Origin: a virus
Strand: one strand, 5' to 3'
Length of the DNA stretch: 64,000 bases
Virus record (IMG/VR): IMGVR_UViG_3300045988_103846
Part shown: positions 35,290 to 43,905 of the stretch, piece after piece
Layout: every line of letters starts with the position of its first letter
Position numbering within the stretch: position 1 is the stretch's first letter
The notes under the pieces: model-generated
What the model saw: only the letters and a program-made list of their open reading frames with translations
Told to the model about the DNA's origin: nothing
The model's database searches: none
Program-made: the position numbers and the translations under genes

Positions 35290-36402
35290 TTAGCCCTCCA
35301 TATTATACTGGATGTAAGAATCCTTCTCCAAGTACTCTGGGAATGGGTTCTCAGTGAGGTTCTTGCTGCCGTCCAGAAGGATAGCGGCATCCTGATACAT
35401 CTTGGAGAATCCGGTGGTCAGAGTTGCATAGGTGGCCTCTGTCTGGTTAGATACGATCCTCTCTGACTCGAGCATGAGGCTCTGAGCATTGAGCTTGATC
35501 ATAGCAAAGCGAGGGTCTACCAGCAAGATCTGATTCTCATCTACACCCGTATGGATGAAGCAGTTTGCCTGGTTCGGAACTGGGGTCTTGAGATTGAGAG
35601 TAGCCTGAGTGGTACCCTGCTGACGAAGCTTGAACTCAGGGAGATCCAGGAGCTCAACTGCCTTGTCTTCTCCAGCGATGATATCCTGGAAGCTTCTTCC
35701 GAGACGAGCACCACGGATCCAGAGACGAAGGAGATCTTTGTACTGGATGCCAGCAGTAGTGTCATTCACTCCGATAACTGGAGAAGACTCAGAGCCATCC
35801 TTGGCGTTACCGTTAGTGAGAACGTCCAGAGCAAGGCTGTCAAGAGCATAGCCAAGCTGAACACCGAAGTCACGGAGGAAGATACCGAGAACATCAAGAG
35901 AAACGTAGTTCTTCACCTCATCAGTGAGCTTGAATCCGCGTCCAATCTTGAAGAGGTTCACAGACTTCTGACCGAAGCTAACGGAGCCAACTGGAATGGT
36001 CTCAGCCTCATTGATCCTTGAAGGAGCAGCCTCTGCCGGGTTGATGATAGGCATGATAGCGGACAACCCATTGATTCCCTGCTCACTAGCAATGAGATTC
36101 GGGTAGAATGGTGCCTCCCTGATGCCGAGATCGATAGCAGAACGGATAATCTCCGGAACAATCCAACGAATGGACTGATCAGGCATCGTGAAGATGTTCT
36201 GCATTGTGGTGGACTTAAGGTTGACTCCCAGCTTGTCGCAGTAGTCATCCATAGACATGTTGTACTTCTCCTGAATAAACTCAGAGAATGAGATGTCGGT
36301 CGGCCTCATCTGAGCACCGCCGGCACGATAACCATCAAGCTGCTGAATATTGGAAGGAAGCTCCTGGAGCAGTTCCTGAGCAGTGAGTGTTTTTTCTGCC
36401 AT
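35290..36402 (-). CDS. major capsid protein (370 aa)
   Basis: Position after the protease/scaffold and decoration-like genes (lambda C-Nu3-D-E order). Appropriate size, and a stop-poor, highly biased composition. Confidence 0.7.
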   Translation of the reverse strand: MAEKTLTAQELLQELPSNIQQLDGYRAGGAQMRPTDISFSEFIQEKYNMSMDDYCDKLGVNLKSTTMQNIFTMPDQSIRWIVPEIIRSAIDLGIREAPFYPNLIASEQGINGLSAIMPIINPAEAAPSRINEAETIPVGSVSFGQKSVNLFKIGRGFKLTDEVKNYVSLDVLGIFLRDFGVQLGYALDSLALDVLTNGNAKDGSESSPVIGVNDTTAGIQYKDLLRLWIRGARLGRSFQDIIAGEDKAVELLDLPEFKLRQQGTTQATLNLKTPVPNQANCFIHTGVDENQILLVDPRFAMIKLNAQSLMLESERIVSNQTEATYATLTTGFSKMYQDAAILLDGSKNLTENPFPEYLEKDSYIQYNMEG

Positions 36403-36425
36403 AGTTTTGAAATGTTTTTTGGTTG

Positions 36426-36908
36426 TTAGCGAATGAGAACCTGGATGAGATCACCCTTAGCAGCACTTGGAGTGATGCAGATGAACTTAGGGTCAGTGCT
36501 GGCCTCGTCTACAGCATAAGGAGTGTAGAACTCGTTTTCTTCAGACTTTACGAGAGCTACAGGCTTTATAGCCCCGCATTTTGTGATCTCGGCATTGGCA
36601 ATACCGTAGGTGAGAGCAAAAGCTTCAACCATTACAGTTACCTCTGGGCCGAGTGCTCCCTCTGGATAGCAAGGGAATTCACTGCCTGTGACAGCCATGC
36701 CAAGGTAGACGCCCTCTCCAACATAGGCCTCAATTGTGCCGTCTTCGTTGAGTTTAACAGGCATACCCGGAACAATGAGCTTGGCAACATTACCTTCTTT
36801 CTTTACCGGAAAAGCTTGATGCAGCTTCTGTGACTCACTCTTGTAAATCACGGTCTGAGGAGTCTTGATACCGACCTTTCTCAGATGCTGAGGGTTTGTA
36901 TACTTCAT
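36426..36908 (-). CDS. head decoration-like protein (DUF2190-like)
   Basis: Position directly upstream of the capsid gene. G/V-rich beta pattern GMPVKLNEDGTIEAYVGEGVYLGMAVTG...VTVMVEAFALTYG. Confidence 0.4.
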   Translation of the reverse strand: MKYTNPQHLRKVGIKTPQTVIYKSESQKLHQAFPVKKEGNVAKLIVPGMPVKLNEDGTIEAYVGEGVYLGMAVTGSEFPCYPEGALGPEVTVMVEAFALTYGIANAEITKCGAIKPVALVKSEENEFYTPYAVDEASTDPKFICITPSAAKGDLIQVLIR

Positions 36909-36927
36909 AATAAAGTGTTTTGAGATT

Positions 36928-38415
36928 TTACTGTTTTGACTTAGCGATCTTCTTGAGGATAGACTGAGTGTCGTTTACCTTCTCGTTATGCTCCTTATTG
37001 GAGTCTACAGAAGACCCACGGTTAACATTCTTAGAGCCGCAATCAGCACAGTGAAGAGGGAACTTCTCCTCAAGCTGGGCATCATAGTTGGCCTTGAGAG
37101 AAAGGAGCGTAGAGAGAGAATCAACGTTCTCGATGAGGGTAAGGATGTTTGAATCCTCTTTCTCCCCCATAAGCTTCTTGTATGAAGCCAGGGTAGCCTC
37201 TTTTACCTCCTTAAAATGATCCTGACCCATCTGGATGAAAGAAGCATTAGCTTTAGCATCTTTCTCCAAATTGGCTACCTTTTCCTGAAGCTCCGTTACA
37301 GAAGCCTCTGACGCAGTCACTTTCTCTGAGAGTGACTTGTTTTCTGTGAGAAGCCTCTTCACTTCAGAAAGGACTAGCTCACTGGAAGCGGTCTGACCTT
37401 CTCCCAAAGAGAGCATACCCTCACCAAAGAGGCTCTCCAAAAATGCTTGTAATTCCTGTGGCATTGTGTTGGATTGATTGTTAGGGTTAATATTGATTTT
37501 CTGAGAATTTCCCTTTAGTGGGTCTGCCTCTGCGTTAGAGACAGTATCACTGCGAAGAATATTCTCGAAGTCACGAAGAATATTCTTGAAGTCAAAGAAA
37601 TAAGAGTCTCTGGTAGAGTTAGATACTCTCTCTTTGACCTGTTCAGAGAACGAGTTATATACTGAATCAGCATAGCCCGGGTTGATGATCTTACCATCTC
37701 TGATTATCTGAGCATAAGGGTCTGCACCGTGAGAAACCAAGGATGTCTCTTTATAGGAAATGATCTTGGTAACAATTCTGCGAACCATAGTGCCATCTTT
37801 AGCATAAGTTCCCAGCTTGTCCCAGAACTCCCATTCATGCTCAAACTCATGAGAAGGCTTCCATTCAAACTGAACGGTGACCGAATTAGAGTGAATAGAA
37901 GGAGGATCCATGTTGATTCCCCTGGCTATTCTTGGATTAGCTTTACCATCAATGCGAAAGACTCCATTGATTCCAGCAGGGATCTTCAACCCTTTATCGG
38001 AATAGGCCTCTTGCCAAGTGACGGCTTTAATTGAGCCGATAGCATTAGCAATGTCAGTAGAATGATCACAGTTGATAGTCTGACCAACCAGAAGAGGCAT
38101 AGAAGCCTTGAGCACATCAGCTGGAAACTCTGTCGGATTGTAGTTCTTAGATACAATACAGTTAGAGATCAACCTAAATACTGGCTCTATGAACTCATCA
38201 TCAGCAGGGTTAAACTGTGCAGCTTCTACGTCTGGGTAGAAAGTGTTGTAGTCAATGCTACTAAAAAGACCGAACTGCTCAATTGTTTGAGGGTTAGCCC
38301 CTATGGCATTGAAATAACTGTCTGAAAGTCTCTGGGGATCCAAGTTTCTTGGTTTATGGTTGATCATCATGCTATGATCAGCACCCAGAGTAAGAGTAGC
38401 TACAAGTGGTGGCAT
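36928..38415 (-). CDS. prohead protease (S78/HK97 gp4-like) fused to a scaffold-like coiled coil (495 aa)
   Basis: NCDHSTDIANAIGSI and IHSNSVTVQF resemble the His and Ser blocks of Peptidase_S78. The C-terminal half is coiled-coil (SEKVTASEASVTELQEKVANLEKDAK). TAATG overlap with the portal stop. Confidence 0.6.
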   Translation of the reverse strand: MPPLVATLTLGADHSMMINHKPRNLDPQRLSDSYFNAIGANPQTIEQFGLFSSIDYNTFYPDVEAAQFNPADDEFIEPVFRLISNCIVSKNYNPTEFPADVLKASMPLLVGQTINCDHSTDIANAIGSIKAVTWQEAYSDKGLKIPAGINGVFRIDGKANPRIARGINMDPPSIHSNSVTVQFEWKPSHEFEHEWEFWDKLGTYAKDGTMVRRIVTKIISYKETSLVSHGADPYAQIIRDGKIINPGYADSVYNSFSEQVKERVSNSTRDSYFFDFKNILRDFENILRSDTVSNAEADPLKGNSQKININPNNQSNTMPQELQAFLESLFGEGMLSLGEGQTASSELVLSEVKRLLTENKSLSEKVTASEASVTELQEKVANLEKDAKANASFIQMGQDHFKEVKEATLASYKKLMGEKEDSNILTLIENVDSLSTLLSLKANYDAQLEEKFPLHCADCGSKNVNRGSSVDSNKEHNEKVNDTQSILKKIAKSKQ

Positions 38416-39884
38416 TATCTTGGTCTTGAATCTTGATCTTTACGTTTTGGAGTAGGGTTATTTTTATCCCTAGTCTTGCGGTCGGAGGTGTCCTTATCGG
38501 CTTCCCTCTTTCGATTTGGAGTACTAACCCCCTCGGCATCTTCGAGAGGTATGCGCGGTTCTTTCTGGTCAGCTTTTGCATACCCAAGTTCCCAAGCAGC
38601 CTGATCTTGACTGATGAGACCCTGGTTGTATTTTGAGATGACATTTTTGATCTTATACTCTTGGGCTTGCTGAACCTTGATCTCATCTGATACTGTAGAA
38701 GTACCAAAAGTAACTTCGATGCCCTTGTTGGGCAGCCCAGCTAATCTGAGTTCCAGAGTATAAATGAACTCAAGAGCATGAGTGACCATCATCTGAATAT
38801 TCTTGAGCTGAGATATCATCTTAGAAAGCATGATACCAGCACCGCCCTCAGTATTCTGAGTCTGAACCCCGATGATAGTAGAAGTGACACCCAAACCGTT
38901 AGCAACAGCTTGCTCATTCATTTTCCAAGGGATATCCAGATTTTGCATTGAAGCAGAGGTAGAATTCATCTCAAACTCATGATCATCAATAAAACCTGTT
39001 ACGATACCGTCTTTCATACCATCTTTAAGGTTCTTCTTTAGATCTCGAAGGATCTTGCTCAAGCGAGCAGCATAAGCAGCCTCAGACTCGGAGCCTCTTC
39101 TAGCAGGCTTCTGCATCTTAGCTTCTAAAAACCCTACCATACCCATGAGCTCCATGATCTGCTTGAAGTTAATTCTCATGTCATGTTGGGTCTTCAAAGA
39201 GTCAAGAGCCCCAAGGAAAGGTGGAATACCATAAGGCTCATCCACATCGTTGTACATTCCGATGTACTGATAAGTCTCGGTGTTCAGCTTAATGAGAGAT
39301 GGCTTCTTGTTGTTGACCCTGAATCGATTGATCTGGTAGGGTTGATAGACCCCGTTATCTTCTCTCTTAAAGAGAATATCTTCTGGATTCAGAAAAAGCA
39401 AAGTAGACAAGCCGTCCAAATTTTCATCTGGAACGGCTTCAACTGAAATAGCACCCCCAATGAGCGTTTGGCAGATCATTTTGTTTACTAGTCCGTTTAT
39501 ACCAGCAGTATATCGGGACCATTTTTTTGACGCCTCTTTGAGGTGCTTTCTCATCTTCTCAGATTCTTGAGCAGTATTGTTCGGGAAATTGATGATATGC
39601 TCAGTGTTGGCTAACTTGAACATGTCCTGAACAGCAATGCTCATATCTGGGTTGATCTTGTACAGATCCCTAATCAGAGGAATCAGCTCAGTCCTGAAAG
39701 AGGGGTTCACCATTGCAGCAGTCTCCCCCAACACTCTTATGGTGTTGGCAGGGCTGCTGTCGTTTGGTACTGATACTCTTCCGGGAGATATAGCTGATAT
39801 ATCTGGCTCGGGCTTCTTCTCCTTGAGCTCTGGTGAAGATCTTCGGAACCAGGTCAAGGGATTGAGTATGCTCATATATGTCAA
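38415..39884 (-). CDS. portal protein (489 aa)
   Basis: Size and position directly downstream of TerL. The track's start is a TTG at 39884 and the first ATG is at 39875. K/R/D-rich C-terminal tail. Confidence 0.7.
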   Translation of the reverse strand: MTYMSILNPLTWFRRSSPELKEKKPEPDISAISPGRVSVPNDSSPANTIRVLGETAAMVNPSFRTELIPLIRDLYKINPDMSIAVQDMFKLANTEHIINFPNNTAQESEKMRKHLKEASKKWSRYTAGINGLVNKMICQTLIGGAISVEAVPDENLDGLSTLLFLNPEDILFKREDNGVYQPYQINRFRVNNKKPSLIKLNTETYQYIGMYNDVDEPYGIPPFLGALDSLKTQHDMRINFKQIMELMGMVGFLEAKMQKPARRGSESEAAYAARLSKILRDLKKNLKDGMKDGIVTGFIDDHEFEMNSTSASMQNLDIPWKMNEQAVANGLGVTSTIIGVQTQNTEGGAGIMLSKMISQLKNIQMMVTHALEFIYTLELRLAGLPNKGIEVTFGTSTVSDEIKVQQAQEYKIKNVISKYNQGLISQDQAAWELGYAKADQKEPRIPLEDAEGVSTPNRKREADKDTSDRKTRDKNNPTPKRKDQDSRPR

Positions 39885-39886
39885 TT

Positions 39887-41374
39887 TTATTGTGGCAACG
39901 GAATAACGGTATTGATAGGACTCTTCCTGATATGATTTGTGATAGCCTTGCCGAAGATATCATCATCAGCATAAGCAATACCATCATCTATATCAATGTC
40001 TTCAGAAGCAGCTCTTGAGTGTTTGCCCAGAGCAATTGGTCTTCCTTGAGTGTCATAGATGAAAGTATAAGCTTCCTGAACAAAGAAAGGATCTTTGATT
40101 ATCACTTCTTCATTACGGATATCTTTCTCTAGACCCTCAATTATGAGGGACCTATTTTTGTTTGTAGTGAGCCATCCCGGGATCTTCTCTTCCCTTGGCT
40201 TACTCATGTGCTTCTCTTTGATGAGCTTAGTGGAGTAATACAGGTTCGGATAAGCTTCATCCTGTAAAGCCAGAGTTACGGCCATTCCAATATCATTAGT
40301 CTCTGGGGCTAAGCAAGCATAGTTGTATTTCTCACCAATATCTCCGAGAAGCTTAGCATACTTGTCAAGAGGAATCTTACCCTTAAAGACCGCATGTTCT
40401 TCTCCCCATCGATCCATACAGGTAAAAGAAGAGAAGTCAGCACCTCTACCGGTAGCACAGTCTGCCCCGATAAAATAAAGCTCGTTTATATCTGGATCTT
40501 TGAATTCCCTGTAAGCTCCCCCGAAACGGGTCTGTAGAGTCGGATAATCAGTGAGGCAGTCTTCAATAGCTTTGATATCAGCAGGACTAAATACGGTGTT
40601 TCCAGATGATAGGAAGTCTCCATCAATCTCTTGGGCAGTTCTTTTAGGGCCGAGGGCCTTAGCCATTTCCTCATACCATTTCAAATCTCTGTCTGGGTGC
40701 ATGTCCCAGAGAAGTCTGATTGGTGTGAAATTATTGGCATGTTGAAGAGCATCAACCCAAGTCTTGTGATAAAACCCACCGATACCTAAAGGTGTGCTAT
40801 TGATGATACAACTACCTCCAGTAGCCAGTGTAGGAGCAGCAGCAGCCCAAATCTGATTAGCCCACCTAACAGCAGCAGCTTCATCAATGATCAGAAGAGA
40901 AAGGGATTCAGATCGGCCAGCATTTTCGGATGTTGGTATTGACTCTATGACTGATCCATTACAGAACTGCATCTCAGTAGCGGATCCGAATTCCCCTGCC
41001 CTTCCGTTTATGATTGGGGTCTGAAGGAACCACGGAAGATTCTTGTACATAAACTTGATTCTTCGAAGGACCTTCTTAGCAACTGTATCTTTGATGGAGA
41101 TGATGTTTATCTTCTTGTTGTCATGGTAGGAAGCAAGCCAGAGACTGTGCATTGACATGAGCTCTGTGATTCCCATCTGACGACATTTCAGAATGATATT
41201 GAATCTGGATCGGTTGAACTCATACAGAACTGATTTCTGATAGGGGTATAGGTCAAATCGAACCTTACCGAGCACAGGATTGACTACATTCACAAACTGA
41301 GAGTAGTAGAAAGGATCTCTACTGACTCTAGCTAGAATCTGTACCTGTTCTCTTGTTAATGTTCTCTGTTCCAT
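39887..41374 (-). CDS. terL: terminase large subunit
   Basis: ATPase block ILKCRQMGITELMS. Walker B/coupling motif LSLLIIDEAAAV. C-terminal nuclease-type acidic blocks (YFIGADCATGRGADFS). Followed by the portal gene. Confidence 0.85.
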   Translation of the reverse strand: MEQRTLTREQVQILARVSRDPFYYSQFVNVVNPVLGKVRFDLYPYQKSVLYEFNRSRFNIILKCRQMGITELMSMHSLWLASYHDNKKINIISIKDTVAKKVLRRIKFMYKNLPWFLQTPIINGRAGEFGSATEMQFCNGSVIESIPTSENAGRSESLSLLIIDEAAAVRWANQIWAAAAPTLATGGSCIINSTPLGIGGFYHKTWVDALQHANNFTPIRLLWDMHPDRDLKWYEEMAKALGPKRTAQEIDGDFLSSGNTVFSPADIKAIEDCLTDYPTLQTRFGGAYREFKDPDINELYFIGADCATGRGADFSSFTCMDRWGEEHAVFKGKIPLDKYAKLLGDIGEKYNYACLAPETNDIGMAVTLALQDEAYPNLYYSTKLIKEKHMSKPREEKIPGWLTTNKNRSLIIEGLEKDIRNEEVIIKDPFFVQEAYTFIYDTQGRPIALGKHSRAASEDIDIDDGIAYADDDIFGKAITNHIRKSPINTVIPLPQ

Positions 41375-41377
41375 AAC

Positions 41378-42052
41378 CTAAAATATGTATCGTACCCTGA
41401 TGTACGGATCTAATCCGAAAGGGGTTTCCCAACCAGGGTACCAATGGGAATTCAAACCGATTTCATAATACAAAAAGCTGGTCTCGCGTCCTAATCCGAG
41501 ATTGACATCATATAGATTAGACAGGGGTCGTATCATGATTTCTGAAGATAATCGAAATTTTTTCAGAAATTTTTGGGGGTTCTTGGTCATAGTTCCCCCG
41601 AAGTAACTGTACCGGTAAAGGTTTGGATTTACCTTATACTCTCTTGTAGATATGTCTCCATAAGAGTCTAACTCAGTCAAGGTGAGAATATTATGATCCA
41701 AGAGTATCTGGACTAACTTATTAGACTCAGGGTACTTAGCTAAGAACTGAGTAGAGTAACTCTTCAACTGATTGAAGCCAAAGTTAACATCTATTCGCTT
41801 AAGATCAGCTTCAACCTTATGCACCGGGACTGAGTCCTTGGGATAGAATACAACCAGCTTTGGTACTTGTATAGTCTTGTACTCTTTTTCGGGTTGAAAA
41901 ACTTTTGTTTTGTATATTGTGTCAACTCTCGGCATAGTGTCATCATCTCTCATCTTGTTCATCTTAACTTTGAGAGACAGAGTTATCATCCAACTCAATA
42001 TGAGCAGAGACAACAAAATAAAATTCACATTCACTTTCATATCGTCTATCAT
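41378..42052 (-). CDS. membrane-anchored protein with an outer-membrane beta-barrel-like C-terminus (224 aa)
   Basis: N-terminal hydrophobic helix FILLSLLILSWMITLSL. The C-terminus ...DPYIRVRYIF has alternating aromatic/hydrophobic residues ending in Phe, like an OMP beta-signal. It occupies the slot where a small terminase is usually found. Confidence 0.4.
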   Translation of the reverse strand: MIDDMKVNVNFILLSLLILSWMITLSLKVKMNKMRDDDTMPRVDTIYKTKVFQPEKEYKTIQVPKLVVFYPKDSVPVHKVEADLKRIDVNFGFNQLKSYSTQFLAKYPESNKLVQILLDHNILTLTELDSYGDISTREYKVNPNLYRYSYFGGTMTKNPQKFLKKFRLSSEIMIRPLSNLYDVNLGLGRETSFLYYEIGLNSHWYPGWETPFGLDPYIRVRYIF

Positions 42053-42057
42053 CTATC

Positions 42058-42152
42058 TATACTGAGTCTGACGACTCAGTATATACGCGTATGCGTATAA
42101 ATAACAACCTATCTACTTCGTAGATAGGGCTATACTAGTAAACTAGTATAGC
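42058..42152. repeat. array of four tandem perfect inverted repeats
   Basis: TATACTGAGTC-tgac-GACTCAGTATA (42058-42083). TATACGC-gtat-GCGTATA (42082-42099). CCTATCTAC-ttc-GTAGATAGG (42108-42128). GCTATACTAG-taaa-CTAGTATAGC (42129-42152). Confidence 0.9.
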
Positions 42153-42206
42153 ATTAGCTATGTGTTATAACTATAAGACTGTGTTGTTATTTTTCTCTTT
42201 CTTTAT

Positions 42207-43274
42207 TTATTTCTTTCTCTTTTTAGAAAGGGTTTGGGAAAACCTTTTTCTCTTTCTTTTTTCTTTCTTTCTCTTGTCTAAGGCTGATCTCAAGCAGCTT
42301 CTCAACCAAAGCCCGATCTCATATACAGCTCCCTTTGAGAGAGCATTTCTCCCCTTGTTCAGCCAATAGGTGGGATTAGACTCATCAAACCAGACCTTGA
42401 ACCTCTTAGGGAATCCCATTATGACTCTGAACTCCTCAAGACCCATAGGCCACCCCTCTGGGTTGAACTGCCTATTTGAAGGTCTAAGAGTGAGAGGGGG
42501 AGCCCAGTTCCTGTTTCTGTATACTCCGGGGAGGGTTTTCATCTTCTGGGTTCTCATTGGCCACTTAAACTCTTGCTTGAACTTCCCATTCCATAGCTCA
42601 TGTACTTCATCTACAGTCAAAGTAGTTCTATTTGGGTCCCAATACTTGTACATTGACAGCTTTCTATCCCCCGTTTCTCGGTAGTTTAGCTCGGGTCTAA
42701 TCATCCCAGAGATGTCACAGGTAAGGAATCTTTCACGCCTCCCAGAGAAAATTCTAGAGAAATATTTTTCAAATTCAGTGGAATCAGCTCGTATTCCCAC
42801 TAATAGAAGCCTCTTTCTCGAAGTTTGGGAATTACCAAATGCCGAAACTGAATGGGAATGGACTATAAACTTGTACCCAGGCAAATTTGCTTCCCACTCG
42901 GGCAGTGGAATTAGGTCTAAGAGCTTCGGAAGATTCTCCATGACAAAGATTCTGGGTGTAAATTTTTTGACACATGACAGGAAAAGGTTCAAACATACGT
43001 CTTCACGGGGTTTCCCAAGGGTCTTTTTTCTCGAGTAAGAGAAAACAGAGCTGTGACCACAGGAGGGAGACCCCACAATCATGTCTGGGCTATCAATTTT
43101 CAGAGCATCAAGACTTTTTACAAACGGTACTTCCCCGAAATTCAGTCTCCACTGCTCTTCGTTTGGGGTATGAAACACCCCTCGAGGCTCGATGTTACCG
43201 ATCAGCCATCTTCTCAACGGGTACAGAAGAGCTCCTTGAGCTCCACAGACACCCAAAATCTTCCAGTTTTGCAT
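42207..43274 (-). CDS. DNA (cytosine-5) methyltransferase with a K/R-rich C-terminal tail
   Basis: Motif I-like KILGVCGAQGAL. Motif IV-like GSPSCGHSS (PC dipeptide context). Motif VI FVMENLPKLL (ENV-like). Motif VIII-like SQTSRKRLLLVG. Start moved to the ATG at 43274 (MQNWKILG...). The C-terminus is KRKKEKRKRKRFSQTLSKKRKK. Confidence 0.7.
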   Translation of the reverse strand: MQNWKILGVCGAQGALLYPLRRWLIGNIEPRGVFHTPNEEQWRLNFGEVPFVKSLDALKIDSPDMIVGSPSCGHSSVFSYSRKKTLGKPREDVCLNLFLSCVKKFTPRIFVMENLPKLLDLIPLPEWEANLPGYKFIVHSHSVSAFGNSQTSRKRLLLVGIRADSTEFEKYFSRIFSGRRERFLTCDISGMIRPELNYRETGDRKLSMYKYWDPNRTTLTVDEVHELWNGKFKQEFKWPMRTQKMKTLPGVYRNRNWAPPLTLRPSNRQFNPEGWPMGLEEFRVIMGFPKRFKVWFDESNPTYWLNKGRNALSKGAVYEIGLWLRSCLRSALDKRKKEKRKRKRFSQTLSKKRKK

Positions 43275-43304
43275 TGTTTCAAAAGAATTGAGTATATGAG
43301 GTAC

Positions 43305-43317
43305 AAAACTGGTCTTG
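43305..43317. repeat. 13-mer AAAACTGGTCTTG, copy 3 of 3
   Basis: Exact repeat, about 30 nt upstream of the methyltransferase ATG in the minus-strand sense. Confidence 0.8.
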
Positions 43318-43354
43318 CGAGGAGCTATTTCAATGCAAATAATCAAAATTTTCA

Positions 43355-43693
43355 ATGCAAATGAATCAAAACAGATTGAAAGTAGGGGATCCAGTGCTCA
43401 TAACAGGGTCCTTTCACTATGACAAAGCTCTGGTGGAGAAGGTAGAAAAGGGGGTTGTATACCTCAACAACGGGATGAAGATAGATCATAACTATCAGAA
43501 TCTCCAGAGATCTGAGTGCACCGCTCAGCCTTGGGATGAAGCAGAGTGGGAATACCAGAGGGCTATGCACTCTTATAAGAGCAATCTCACTATCATTCGG
43601 GACAATTTCCCTGCTCTGGAGAAGCCCTATGCTATCGGGATCAACCAGAAGCTCGAGAAGATAATCAATAAGTATGGCTTCAAACACATGTAA
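43355..43693 (+). CDS. hypothetical protein (112 aa), first gene of the plus-strand operon
   Basis: ATG ORF, 2-nt gap to the next gene. Confidence 0.6.
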   Translation: MQMNQNRLKVGDPVLITGSFHYDKALVEKVEKGVVYLNNGMKIDHNYQNLQRSECTAQPWDEAEWEYQRAMHSYKSNLTIIRDNFPALEKPYAIGINQKLEKIINKYGFKHM

Positions 43694-43695
43694 TC

Positions 43696-43905
43696 ATGAA
43701 ACTAGCTTTTTGGATCATCCTTGTAGTGCTCTATGGTATAGGCACTGTCACTGTTAAATGGCTTGACACTATTCTGCCTGATCAATATGTCAACAATAAG
43801 GTTCACTACCCAGTGCTTCTCACTATGTGGATCATATCACCGCTTCTGGTGATCTGGTTTGCTTTCAAATTTATCTCTAGCCTCATCTTCAAAAAACGCA
43901 GATAA
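43696..43905 (+). CDS. small membrane protein (69 aa, two predicted TM helices)
   Basis: LAFWIILVVLYGIGTV and VLLTMWIISPLLVIWFAF hydrophobic stretches, with a KKRR C-terminus. Confidence 0.55.
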   Translation: MKLAFWIILVVLYGIGTVTVKWLDTILPDQYVNNKVHYPVLLTMWIISPLLVIWFAFKFISSLIFKKRR

